Positions 1-8,086 are shown, counted from the stretch's first letter. The stretch: DNA of 64,000 nt from an uncultured Gammaproteobacteria bacterium (GCA_964407925.1 CAYOXM010000002.1:1046-65045); one strand, 5' to 3'. The notes: generated by a model not told the origin, from the letters alone. Numbers and translations: made by a program.

Positions 1-166
1 ACACTTTTCGATCAGCCCATTTTAGTCCAAACCTGTCTCAATTTTGCCGACCGGAACACCTCCTCAAAGGGAGGAGAAAGCTGCCTCAAAAAGGCCTAAG
101 GTGCTTGGTGGACGACCGGACCACCGAGCCATGAGCAGGCGTGTGGGGCGTCCCACGTGCCTGATC

Positions 167-201
167 AAAAGCCCGTCCCGAAAGGGGCGGGCTTTTGTTT
201 T
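167..201 (+). terminator. Intrinsic terminator (GC hairpin gcccgtccc-gaaa-ggggcgggc followed by a T-run). It probably ends an upstream transcript or small RNA that enters the window from the left.
   Basis: Perfect 9-bp stem with a GAAA loop, then TTTTGTTTT, read directly from the sequence. Confidence 0.55.
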
Positions 202-238
202 GGTTGTGGGCAGCCATACTGCTGGCAGCGATTCTAAT

Positions 239-247
239 TACTGCTAA
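239..247 (+). promoter_or_regulatory. Extended -10 element TGCTAAACT, 13 nt upstream of the tspO ATG at 261.
   Basis: Sequence motif; same TGnTAnnCT class as the other promoters in this window. Confidence 0.35.
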
Positions 248-260
248 ACTATCAGTGGAT

Positions 261-725
261 ATGCGAGCAATCACCGTAATCATTTCCATTCTGATGGCCG
301 AAGGCGCCGGAATCCTCGGCTCGGTGTTTACCGCTTCAAGCGTCAAAGGTTGGTATCCGGCTATAGTTAAACCAGCCTGGAATCCGCCGTCGTGGGTCTT
401 CGGTCCTGTCTGGTCGATGCTTTACGCCCTCATGGGAGTTGCGGCTGCCATGATATGGAATCAGAAAACCATGCCCGGAGCGAAACTGGCGCTTTGGACT
501 TACGGGATACAACTGGTACTAAATGCGATGTGGTCGGTTCTCTTTTTCGGTCTTAAGAATCCAGGTCTGGCTTTCGCGGAAATCATCAGCCTACTCGTTT
601 TGATTACGGTTACGACCGTGCTCTTTTGGAAAATCAGGCCGTGGGCTGGCGTGCTCATGCTCCCTTACGTCGCCTGGGTTTCATTCGCCGCGTGTCTGAA
701 CTACGCTATCTGGCGATTGAATTGA
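261..725 (+). CDS. tspO: TspO/MBR family tryptophan-rich sensory protein, five predicted transmembrane helices.
   Basis: ORF 195..725. Conserved W..L.KP.WNPP.WVF and WN..FF motifs of the TspO family. Start moved to Met-23 because the first 22 codons lie inside the upstream terminator hairpin. Confidence 0.8.
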   Translation: MRAITVIISILMAEGAGILGSVFTASSVKGWYPAIVKPAWNPPSWVFGPVWSMLYALMGVAAAMIWNQKTMPGAKLALWTYGIQLVLNAMWSVLFFGLKNPGLAFAEIISLLVLITVTTVLFWKIRPWAGVLMLPYVAWVSFAACLNYAIWRLN

Positions 726-799
726 ACGAATCGCTCGAGATTTGTCGTGGATGACCTAAAGTAGCTCCATTCGAGGATTTGATACGGTAAAAACCCACT

Positions 800-1225
800 A
801 TGGCAGCAATCAATCCCTACGTTAACTTCAATGGAAATGCCGAAGAAGCGTTTACGTTTTACAAATCCGTTTTCGGTGGGGAATTCGCCGGCATAACCCG
901 TTTCAAAGACATCGCGAGCGCCGAGTTTCCCGTACCCGAAAACGAGGCGAATAAAATAATGCGCATCGCCCTGCCCATTGGCAACAGCGTCTTGATCGCG
1001 AATGACGTACCGGAAAGCATGGGGCGGGTAAACGAGAACGAAAACAGGTCGAAAATCGCCGTGACGACGGAAAGCAAGGAAGAAGCCGAAAGGATTTACA
1101 ACGGACTTTCGGCGGGCGGCACGGTTGAAATGCCGATGGCGGAAAGTCCCTGGGGTACTCACTTTGCGATGTTCAGGGACAAGTACGGCATTGAGTGGAC
1201 CGTGGAATTTGCCCCAAAAAAATAA
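800..1225 (+). CDS. VOC/glyoxalase-fold protein of the PhnB type.
   Basis: 141-aa ORF. N-terminal NPYVNFNGNAEEAF..FYKSVFG and C-terminal FGIEW pattern are typical of PhnB-like VOC proteins. Confidence 0.55.
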   Translation: MAAINPYVNFNGNAEEAFTFYKSVFGGEFAGITRFKDIASAEFPVPENEANKIMRIALPIGNSVLIANDVPESMGRVNENENRSKIAVTTESKEEAERIYNGLSAGGTVEMPMAESPWGTHFAMFRDKYGIEWTVEFAPKK

Positions 1226-1250
1226 AGCGACCGCGCATCATCCCGACGCC

Positions 1251-1688
1251 ATGAACATGTTCAAGAGGGTCAAAGCCACGACCGTCGCGAGCTACCTCGC
1301 CTCGGTGCCGCCCGAGCGGCAGGAGCTCATCCGTTTCCTGCACGGGTTCATCCGGAAAACCGCGCCGAAACTGAAGGCGCATTTCGCGTACAACATGCTC
1401 GGGTACGGTTCCTTTCCCTACAAGAACTACAAGAACGATACGCTGTCATGGCCGGTCGTCGCGCTCGCGAACCAAAAGCAGTACGTCAGCATCTACGTCT
1501 GTTCCATCGTGGACGGCAAGTACGTTGCGGAGGCGCACAAGCGGGAGTTGGGGAAGGTGAGCGTGGGAAAGAGCTGCATCCGGTTCAAGAAGCTGGAGGA
1601 CGTGAATCTTCCGGCGCTGGCGAAGGTGATTCGGATCGCGGCAAAGCGTCCAGGACTGCAAGGAGTCGGGAAAAGCAAGACACTATGA
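1251..1688 (+). CDS. DUF1801 (YdhG-like) domain protein.
   Basis: ORF 1125..1688 with an internal ATG at 1251 (MNMFKRV...). Fold-family resemblance only. Confidence 0.5.
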   Translation: MNMFKRVKATTVASYLASVPPERQELIRFLHGFIRKTAPKLKAHFAYNMLGYGSFPYKNYKNDTLSWPVVALANQKQYVSIYVCSIVDGKYVAEAHKRELGKVSVGKSCIRFKKLEDVNLPALAKVIRIAAKRPGLQGVGKSKTL

Positions 1689-2116
1689 AAAAAAAGAACC
1701 CAAAACCGGCCGGAGCATCATCGGGGCCGACCGCGCCGTCGGACCTCCGCAGGGCGCTCGCGGCCGCTCCGAAGGCGAAGGCGCAGTGGATGACGCTCAC
1801 GCCGATCGCACGGCGGGACTTCATCAACTGGATAAATTCCGCCAAGCAACCGGAGACGCATCGGCGCCGAATCGAGATTGCCTGCTCGAAACTCGTTGCC
1901 GGTCAGCGTCGTCCCTGCTGTTACGCCGTCGTCCCGATGCCCTTCTACAAAGCCCTCGGGGCCGCTCCGAAGGCGAAGGCGCGATGGAGCGGGCTCACGC
2001 CGGACGAACGCCGCGACTTCGTCGACTGGATCGACGCGGTCAAGGAGCCGGAGGCGAAGAAGTCACGCATCGACAAGGCATGCGCGATGCTCGCGGCCGG
2101 CAAGCGACATCCCTGA
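1685..2116 (+). CDS. YdeI/OmpD-associated family protein containing an internal tandem duplication of a ~50-aa module.
   Basis: ATG at 1685 overlaps the upstream stop. Two consecutive copies of APKAKA.W..LTP..RRDF..WI...K.PE...RI..AC..L.AG.R.P. Confidence 0.5.
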   Translation: MKKKNPKPAGASSGPTAPSDLRRALAAAPKAKAQWMTLTPIARRDFINWINSAKQPETHRRRIEIACSKLVAGQRRPCCYAVVPMPFYKALGAAPKAKARWSGLTPDERRDFVDWIDAVKEPEAKKSRIDKACAMLAAGKRHP

Positions 2117-2135
2117 CGGTTATCAACGAACCCTT

Positions 2136-2459
2136 ATGCTCGACAAGAAAATCATCAAGCAGAGCCTGACCTTCTCCGCGCTGGCGGTGGCGTACGTCTT
2201 CGTCGTGGCGACGGTCATGCGGAACGCGGCGAAGATATTCGGGCCGGATGAGCCGGATAACGTGCTCGCGCCGGTCGCGCTGCTCCTCCTGTTGGTCGTC
2301 TCCGCCGCGACGATGGCCGTATTGGTTTTCGGCAAGCCCGTCATGCTGTATATCGACGGAAAGAAACGCGAGGCCGTCGCGATGGCGATCTGCACCATCG
2401 GCAGCCTCGCGGCCTTCACGATCCTGCTGCTCGTCGGCGTGGCGACGTTCCGTCCGTGA
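2136..2459 (+). CDS. Small membrane protein (three predicted TM helices), unknown function.
   Basis: ATG at 2136 (MLDKKIIKQ...) inside ORF 1878..2459. Hydrophobic segments. Confidence 0.4.
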   Translation: MLDKKIIKQSLTFSALAVAYVFVVATVMRNAAKIFGPDEPDNVLAPVALLLLLVVSAATMAVLVFGKPVMLYIDGKKREAVAMAICTIGSLAAFTILLLVGVATFRP

Positions 2460-2466
2460 CGCATCC

Positions 2467-3012
2467 ATGCCGAAATACCTCGCGCTGCTCCGCGGCATCA
2501 ACGTCGGCGGGAACAACGTCATCAAGATGGCCGACCTCAAGGCGTGCTTCGAGGGTATGGGTTTTTCGGACGTGACGACCTACATCCAAAGCGGCAACGT
2601 AGTTTTCGCTGCGAAGGCGGGAGACGCCGTTCGCCTCGCGGTGAAAATCGAAAAGGCGCTCGCCGCCCGTTTCGCGTATCCCGCGAAGGTCGTCGTCGTG
2701 ACGCATGGCGAACTCCGCAAGGTCGTGCGCGGAGCGCCGAAGGGATTCGGTTCCGCGCCGGCGAAATTCCGTTACGACGTCATTTTCCTCAAGATGCCGT
2801 ACACGGCGAAGGCGGCGATGAAGCACGTAAGCGCCCGTCCCGGCGTCGATGCGGTGCATGCCGGAAAGCGCGCGCTGTACTTCTCCCGGCTCGACGCGCG
2901 CGCGACGCAAAGCCGCCTTTCGAAAATAATGCAGACGCCGGCATACGCGCACATGACCATCCGCAACTGGAACACGACGACGAAGCTGCTCGCCATGATG
3001 GACGGTCAATGA
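2467..3012 (+). CDS. DUF1697 domain protein.
   Basis: ATG at 2467 (MPKYLALLRGINVGGNN...), the characteristic DUF1697 N-terminus. Confidence 0.55.
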   Translation: MPKYLALLRGINVGGNNVIKMADLKACFEGMGFSDVTTYIQSGNVVFAAKAGDAVRLAVKIEKALAARFAYPAKVVVVTHGELRKVVRGAPKGFGSAPAKFRYDVIFLKMPYTAKAAMKHVSARPGVDAVHAGKRALYFSRLDARATQSRLSKIMQTPAYAHMTIRNWNTTTKLLAMMDGQ

Positions 3013-3070
3013 GGGATGGCGGCATCCTCGGGGTGGCGGGTTGCGTGTTTTTTCAGTACAGTTATCGCAT

Positions 3071-3985
3071 ATGAAGAAGCACTCCGCCATCGCCTACGCG
3101 ATCATTGCGCTTTCCTTTCCGGTGGCGGTTTTCGCGCAGACGGACGGCGGAACCGGCAGCGTCGAGCCCGCCCCGGCGGTAACGGCGCCGCGAGAGTCGG
3201 CCCTTGCCCCCGCGCCGTCGCCGCAAGAAGCGCCGCCTGCCGCGCAGCAGCAAGCGGTCGCTTCGCCGTCGCCTACGCCGTCGCCCAGTCCCGCTTCTGC
3301 CGCTGCGGCCCCCGCTCCGCCGCCTTCGCCCGCGTTGATGCCCGCCGCGCGACCCTCTCCTTCGCCGTCTCCGGCCGCCACGAACGCCGCTCCCGAGGCC
3401 GTCGCCGCGCCGACGTCGCAGCCTGATGAACCGCCCTCGCTCGAGGATGTCCAGGGCGCGGTCGAGGAGATCGCCGAGTACGCGCCGGAACCGATGCAGC
3501 CCGTCCTTGCGGCAGTCGCCGGCGCGCTCGGCGGCATCGTCTTCATGCTCGGCCTTTGGGAGTTCCTGAAGCGCCTCAAGCATCGCGGAAAGAAGGACTG
3601 CGACCACTGCGGCGGGACCGGCACGCAATCCGACGACGGTAAGTGCGGCTTGTGCGGTGGGTCGAAAAAAATTGAAAAAGAGGTGGAAGTGACCATCGCC
3701 TGCACGCACTGCAAGGGGAGCGGAACCGACCCCTGCCACCACTGCAGCGGTACGGGAAAAATGTCCCTGCCTAATCCTCCACAGAGCCAGGAAGAGCTCG
3801 AAGGCTGGCCGCCCTGCGATTTCTGCGGCGGAAGCGGGAAGAAAAAAGTTGGCGCGGGTCGCGACTGGGGAGAGGCGAATGACGCCATGAAGGGCGACTT
3901 CGCCTGCTGCTTCTGTCACGGCAAGAAAACGGCGACGTTCAAGCAGAAAGTGCAGATCGATTGCCCGCTCTGCGCGAAAAAGTAA
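3071..3985 (+). CDS. Membrane-anchored protein with seven DnaJ cysteine-rich-domain-type CxxC(xGxG) zinc-finger motifs. Layout: signal peptide, Pro/Ala/Ser-rich low-complexity region, one TM helix, then the Cys-rich domain.
   Basis: ATG at 3071 (MKKHSAIAYAIIALSFPVAVFAQ). Motifs CDHCGGTG, CGLCGGSK, CTHCKGSG, CHHCSGTG, CDFCGGSG, CCFCHGKK, CPLCAKK read directly from the translation. Confidence 0.6.
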   Translation: MKKHSAIAYAIIALSFPVAVFAQTDGGTGSVEPAPAVTAPRESALAPAPSPQEAPPAAQQQAVASPSPTPSPSPASAAAAPAPPPSPALMPAARPSPSPSPAATNAAPEAVAAPTSQPDEPPSLEDVQGAVEEIAEYAPEPMQPVLAAVAGALGGIVFMLGLWEFLKRLKHRGKKDCDHCGGTGTQSDDGKCGLCGGSKKIEKEVEVTIACTHCKGSGTDPCHHCSGTGKMSLPNPPQSQEELEGWPPCDFCGGSGKKKVGAGRDWGEANDAMKGDFACCFCHGKKTATFKQKVQIDCPLCAKK

Positions 3986-3996
3986 ACACCGACGCC

Positions 3997-4560
3997 ATGC
4001 CGAACAGGACGAAAGCGCGGCTTGAGGAGCTGGCGCAAAATCTGGTATCTTCGACGACGCCGATTCCGGCGGTATTGAAGCTCAAGACTGCCGAGCTGGT
4101 TTTGCGCGTCATGGAACAGAAGAAGCGAAGGCACTTCGGCCTCTTCGTCATTCTCGGCTGGCAGAGGAAGTGGCAGGACTATCTCGACATCTCCGACAGC
4201 CAGCAGGACATCTTCGTCGGCCGCCGCGTCGACATCGAGCGAGCCGGATCCGGCGGGCGTTTCGACGTGGGCACGACCATCGACTTCGACGGGGCGATCC
4301 TGATCGACCGGCGCGGCAACGTCCTGCATTCCGGCGTCTTCATCGAGGGGCTGCGGCCGAGGGCCGTGGCGCAGAAAGTGAATCCCGGCCGTTTCAACGA
4401 CCTGTCCGAGCAGTTCGGCTTCGAGACGAAAGTCCACGCTCGTCACCTTGCGGCGATCGCGGCGTCGTACGTGTTCAAGGGAACCACGGTGTTCACGGTC
4501 TCCGAGGAGACGGACGCGTTCCACGTCTTCGAGGGCGGCCGGATCGTTCATCACTTCTGA
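3997..4560 (+). CDS. DisA_N/DAC (diadenylate cyclase) domain-like protein with an N-terminal helical extension; the RHR motif is degenerate.
   Basis: FDGAILID (DGA motif), HARHLAA (in place of GTRHRAA) and VSEETDA (in place of VSEETG) align with the DAC fold. Start at the second Met, after the upstream stop. Confidence 0.45.
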   Translation: MPNRTKARLEELAQNLVSSTTPIPAVLKLKTAELVLRVMEQKKRRHFGLFVILGWQRKWQDYLDISDSQQDIFVGRRVDIERAGSGGRFDVGTTIDFDGAILIDRRGNVLHSGVFIEGLRPRAVAQKVNPGRFNDLSEQFGFETKVHARHLAAIAASYVFKGTTVFTVSEETDAFHVFEGGRIVHHF

Positions 4561-4572
4561 ATTGCGGAAAAT

Positions 4573-4601
4573 TTGACAGCCGTTCCGCCGCCGCCTATAT
4601 T
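4573..4601 (+). promoter_or_regulatory. Sigma70-like promoter TTGACA-N17-TATATT upstream of the small zinc-ribbon gene.
   Basis: Hexamers at 4573-4578 and 4596-4601 with 17-nt spacing. Confidence 0.45.
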
Positions 4602-4633
4602 CGCGGCCGCGATAAATCATTACCGACACCGCC

Positions 4634-4888
4634 ATGATCACGAAGGTCTGCGAAAAGTGCGACAAGGAGATGCGTCTCGTTCCCGCCGGCTTCAGCAAGG
4701 CGAAGAACAAGCCGTACTCGGCGTTTTGGTCCTGCGATACGCGGAACGGCGGCTGCGGCGCGACTGCCAGGGCCGAGGGCGAAGCCGCAGGTCCGGCGCC
4801 GGAAATGATGGGCGGGAGCAGTCCTGACCGCCTCGCGTCGATTGAGCGGAAACTCGACGAAATCATCGGCCTTATCAAGGCGATGTAA
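4634..4888 (+). CDS. Small zinc-ribbon protein (CxxC...C..C).
   Basis: 84-aa ORF with CEKCDK...C..........C.C, and high GC3. Confidence 0.4.
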   Translation: MITKVCEKCDKEMRLVPAGFSKAKNKPYSAFWSCDTRNGGCGATARAEGEAAGPAPEMMGGSSPDRLASIERKLDEIIGLIKAM

Positions 4889-4921
4889 CGGCGCGACGCC
4901 GGATGGCGCGGCCGCGGTAAA

Positions 4922-4930
4922 CCTGCCATA
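4922..4930 (+). promoter_or_regulatory. Extended -10 element TGCCATACT ending 8 nt before the ATG at 4939 (leaderless arrangement).
   Basis: Sequence motif. Confidence 0.4.
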
Positions 4931-4938
4931 CTGTTGGC

Positions 4939-5622
4939 ATGTGTTTTTCCGCAACGGCAAGCTTCATCGCGGGCGGCGCGCTCACTGCCGCCGGTGCCGT
5001 CACGCTTCGAGAGGCGAAGGATAGGTCCCATGTCCCGCTCGCGGCGATGCCGCTCCTTTTCGGGATACAGCAGTTGGTCGAGGGCGTCGTCTGGCTCTCG
5101 GCCGACCATCCCGTGGTGCAGAGCTGCGCGGCGTCCGTGTACGTGCTTTTCTCGCATCTGCTCTGGCCGCTCTACGTGCCGCTCGCGGTGATGCTCATCG
5201 AGCCGAAGGGCCGCAGGCGGTCGATTCTCAAGGGGTTCACCGTCTTCGGCATTTCGCTCAGCGTGTGGCTCGGCTGGTTCATCATTCACGGGCCGGTCAA
5301 GGCGTCGCTCGGCGCGCGCGGCATCATCTATTATCTGAATGTTCCGGAAATTCCGTATGGTCTCGCGGCGTACGTTTTCGTGACCTGCTTCGCCTGCTTT
5401 TTTTCGAGTCACAAGTTCATCCGGCTGTTCGGCATCTCCCTTCTCGGCTCGCTCGCCATCGCGCTCATGGCGTACCAGCAGGCGTTTTATTCGGTCTGGT
5501 GCTTCTTCGCTGCCATCCTGAGCGGCATCATCTACGCGCATCTGAAGCAGGGCGTGCGGTTGTGGCCGCAGGCGGTGAAGAAAGCCGCTGCCGCGCTCGA
5601 TAAGAAACTGAAATCGGTCTAG
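4939..5622 (+). CDS. Polytopic membrane protein of unknown function (about seven predicted TM helices).
   Basis: 227-aa ORF with hydrophobic helices throughout. Confidence 0.5.
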   Translation: MCFSATASFIAGGALTAAGAVTLREAKDRSHVPLAAMPLLFGIQQLVEGVVWLSADHPVVQSCAASVYVLFSHLLWPLYVPLAVMLIEPKGRRRSILKGFTVFGISLSVWLGWFIIHGPVKASLGARGIIYYLNVPEIPYGLAAYVFVTCFACFFSSHKFIRLFGISLLGSLAIALMAYQQAFYSVWCFFAAILSGIIYAHLKQGVRLWPQAVKKAAAALDKKLKSV

Positions 5623-5627
5623 TCCCC

Positions 5628-6194
5628 ATGTTTTTGAAAAGCGTCGTCAATTTGGAAGGGCTGCCCGACGACGAACGTCCGCACGTCGCGCTCGCCGGCC
5701 GCTCGAACGTGGGAAAATCCTCGCTCGTCAACGCGCTTTCGGGAAAGGCGAATCTCGCTCGCGTCAGCGCCGAGCCGGGGCGGACGCAGGCGTTGAATTT
5801 TTACGACATCGATCCGGCGTACTACCTGGTCGACATGCCCGGCTACGGCTTCGCGCGCGGACAGAAGGGAAAGCGCGCGGAACTTACTAGGCTCATCACC
5901 GACTACCTGCAGCGCGCGGCACAAGTGAAACTCGTCGCCGTCGTGATCGACTCTCGCATCGGTCCGACCGACCTTGATCGGACGATGCTCGCGTTTTTGG
6001 AGAAGGCGAAGCTGCCGCGCGTCATCCTCGCGAGCAAGGTCGACAAGCTGTCGAACGCGAAATTCGCGGAAATGAAACGCACGCTCGCGAAGGAATATCC
6101 GGACGTGCCGCAGTACTACCACTCCACCGCGTCGAGCAAGTACCGCGGGGAAATCAGGCGCGTGTTCGCCCTCGCGGCGAAAAGCGGAAAGTGA
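5628..6194 (+). CDS. engB: Ribosome biogenesis GTPase YihA/EngB.
   Basis: G1 motif AGRSNVGKSS, DMPGYG and SKVDKL motifs, and a length of 188 aa. Confidence 0.85.
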   Translation: MFLKSVVNLEGLPDDERPHVALAGRSNVGKSSLVNALSGKANLARVSAEPGRTQALNFYDIDPAYYLVDMPGYGFARGQKGKRAELTRLITDYLQRAAQVKLVAVVIDSRIGPTDLDRTMLAFLEKAKLPRVILASKVDKLSNAKFAEMKRTLAKEYPDVPQYYHSTASSKYRGEIRRVFALAAKSGK

Positions 6195-6202
6195 CGCGCG
6201 CT

Positions 6203-6730
6203 ATGAAGATGCGGATGCTTTTCGCCGTTCTCGCGATGGCCGCAATGATCGGCGCCGTGCTCTTCACGCGTCCCGCGCCGGTAACGGCGCCGACGCGCAG
6301 CGCTGGCGCCGCGCCGTCGCCGTCAGCGGGAAAAACCGACGACGAATGGCGGAAAATCTTGACGCCGGAGCAGTTCCATATCCTCCGCGAGAAAGGGACC
6401 GAGGCGCCGTTCAGCAGCCCGCTCGATTTTGAGACGCGTCCCGGAACGTACGTGAGCGCGGACTGCGGCACGCCGCTTTTCCGCTCTGAACAGAAGTACG
6501 ACTCGGGTACCGGATGGCCGAGCTTTTGGGCGCCGATCGACCCTTCTGCCGTCACGCTCGTCCAAGACGACTCTCTGGCGTTCGAGACCCGTATTGAGGT
6601 GCTGGACGCGAAGTGCGGCGGCCACCTCGGTCACGTCTTCGACGACGGCCCTCCCCCGACGGGAAAGCGGTACTGCATGAACGGTGCCGCGTTGAAATTC
6701 ATCCCCGACGAACCGGGGGCGAAACGCTGA
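6203..6730 (+). CDS. msrB: Peptide-methionine (R)-S-oxide reductase MsrB carrying an N-terminal signal/anchor peptide (exported form).
   Basis: CGTPLF...GWPSF...CGGHLGHVF (two CxxC pairs plus a catalytic Cys). N-terminal hydrophobic segment MKMRMLFAVLAMAAMIGAVLF. An alternative GTG start lies at 6191. Confidence 0.85.
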   Translation: MKMRMLFAVLAMAAMIGAVLFTRPAPVTAPTRSAGAAPSPSAGKTDDEWRKILTPEQFHILREKGTEAPFSSPLDFETRPGTYVSADCGTPLFRSEQKYDSGTGWPSFWAPIDPSAVTLVQDDSLAFETRIEVLDAKCGGHLGHVFDDGPPPTGKRYCMNGAALKFIPDEPGAKR

Positions 6731-6737
6731 ACGACCA

Positions 6738-7196
6738 ATGCTGTACTCCGCCTTCATCAAAAAAACCAGGGCATGCCCGTTCTGCACGCCGACGCAAAGG
6801 GTCTTTGCCAAGAACGCCAAGGCGTACCTGACATATTCGATAGCGCCGTATGCCCGCTACCACCTGTTGGCGATTCCCAAACGTCACGTCGAGTCGCTGT
6901 CCGACCTCACCGCCGCCGAGGCGCGGGATATCCAGGAGATGCTGGGCGCGGGCGTTCGGGTCCTTTCCGCGAAGGGCATCGACGACTACACCATTCTTGC
7001 GAGAAACGGCCGCGCGTCGGGCAAAAGCGTGCCGCATGTCCATTATCACGTCATACCCAAGCATCGCATGGGCGACCTGGACCGCGAACAGCAGTTCCGC
7101 AAAGTCATGGGCGCGGCGCAGGTCCGAAAACTCTCCCGTGAAGTGCTTGCCGCCCTGAGGAAACCGGCCCGCCGGACGCGGGGCGGGAAGGCTTGA
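6738..7196 (+). CDS. HIT (histidine triad) family hydrolase.
   Basis: HVHYHVIP histidine-triad motif. Confidence 0.75.
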   Translation: MLYSAFIKKTRACPFCTPTQRVFAKNAKAYLTYSIAPYARYHLLAIPKRHVESLSDLTAAEARDIQEMLGAGVRVLSAKGIDDYTILARNGRASGKSVPHVHYHVIPKHRMGDLDREQQFRKVMGAAQVRKLSREVLAALRKPARRTRGGKA

Positions 7197-7233
7197 CTTT
7201 TTCGCTAAGATATGTCAACCTTCGCAGATTCCT

Positions 7234-7623
7234 ATGAAGACATTTTTTCGCGACAATCGCGGAGGAGGCAAATCCTTCGGCAAGAAGTTCGGCGACGACC
7301 GCGGTCCGCGGAAATTCGGCTTTGGCGCGCGCGGCAACGGCCCCGCGACGCTGCATGACGCGACCTGCGCGGAGTGCAACAGCCCCTGTCAGGTGCCCTT
7401 CAGGCCCAACGGCAGGAAACCCGTCCTCTGCGGCAACTGCTTCAAGAAGGACGAAGGCGGAGAGCGGCGGAGCTACGGCCGCCCGGCGTTCGGCGAGCGG
7501 CGTACGTTCAGCAAGCCGTTCGAACGGCCCCAGGCGCAGCAGGCCGACCTCAGCCGCGTCGAGGCGAGGCTCGCGGCGATCGAAGCGAGGCTTGACGAGC
7601 TGCTCAGCAGGACCGCGGAATAA
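7234..7623 (+). CDS. Stand-alone CxxC-x17-CxxC domain protein (the domain usually forms the C-terminal tail of DEAD-box helicases).
   Basis: CAEC-NSPCQVPFRPNGRKPVL-CGNC gives exactly 17 residues between the Cys pairs. Gly/Arg/Phe-rich flanks. Confidence 0.6.
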   Translation: MKTFFRDNRGGGKSFGKKFGDDRGPRKFGFGARGNGPATLHDATCAECNSPCQVPFRPNGRKPVLCGNCFKKDEGGERRSYGRPAFGERRTFSKPFERPQAQQADLSRVEARLAAIEARLDELLSRTAE

Positions 7624-7629
7624 CCAATA

Positions 7630-7658
7630 AAAACGGGCCTTCCACAGGCCCGTTTTTG
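7630..7658 (+). terminator. Intrinsic terminator (aacgggcct-tccac-aggcccgtt followed by TTTT).
   Basis: Hairpin and T-run immediately after the stop at 7623. Confidence 0.6.
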
Positions 7659-7678
7659 CGACTATCCGGAAGTTCCTC

Positions 7679-7684
7679 TATACT
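7679..7684 (+). promoter_or_regulatory. -10 element TATACT upstream of the HU gene.
   Basis: Sequence motif 34 nt upstream of the ATG at 7718. Confidence 0.35.
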
Positions 7685-7717
7685 TCCCGCCATAATCATT
7701 CACGTATCGTTATTGTT

Positions 7718-7999
7718 ATGGCGAAGCTCACGAAGGCCCAGATCATCACCTCGCTCGCGGACAAGACCGGCCTGACGAAAAAGGACGTCATGGCCGTCCT
7801 CGACGCCCAGCACGCGCTGGCGCTCAAGGAGGTCAAGTCCAAGGGCCAGTTCGTGGTCGGCGATTTCGGCAAGCTCGTGAAGGCGCACCGCAAGGCGCGC
7901 ATGGGCCGCAACCCGGCGACCGGCGCGGAGATCAAGATCCCCGCGAAGACCGTCGTGAAGTTCCGCCTCTCCAAGGTCACGAAGGAAGCGCTCGCGTAG
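7718..7999 (+). CDS. hup: HU family nucleoid-associated DNA-binding protein.
   Basis: 93 aa, MAKLTKAQII..., GDFGKL...R.ARMGRNP.TG HU signature. Confidence 0.85.
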   Translation: MAKLTKAQIITSLADKTGLTKKDVMAVLDAQHALALKEVKSKGQFVVGDFGKLVKAHRKARMGRNPATGAEIKIPAKTVVKFRLSKVTKEALA

Positions 8000-8011
8000 T
8001 CGATTCCGGTC

Positions 8012-8049
8012 AGAGCCCCCGCGAGAACGTCCGCGGGGGCTCTTTTTTC
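8012..8049 (+). terminator. Intrinsic terminator (agagcccccgcg...cgcgggggctct followed by TTTTTT).
   Basis: 12-bp GC stem plus T-run after the hup stop. Confidence 0.65.
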
Positions 8050-8057
8050 CTCGGCAT

Positions 8058-8086
8058 TTGACGGCTGGTCGCGGCGCACGTATATC
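8058..8086 (+). promoter_or_regulatory. Sigma70-like promoter TTGACG-N17-TATATC upstream of the Pif1-family helicase gene.
   Basis: Hexamers at 8058-8063 and 8081-8086. Confidence 0.45.

Noticed and set aside
44-247. 67-aa ORF at the left edge
   Set aside because: It overlaps hairpins and a terminator, has no start context and low coding character, and conflicts with the better-supported tspO start at 261.
3916-5541. 541-aa minus-strand ORF overlapping five plus-strand genes
   Set aside because: It lies antisense to clearly recognisable genes (the DAC-like gene and a membrane protein). It is Arg/Gly/Asp-rich with low complexity typical of reverse frames in high-GC DNA. It has no motifs.
7668-7687. 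Sequence ggaagttcctctatacttcc, resembling an FRT half-site (GAAGTTCCTATAC)
   Set aside because: There is only a single partial arm, with no inverted partner or spacer. The TATACT inside it is more simply explained as the -10 element of the HU gene.
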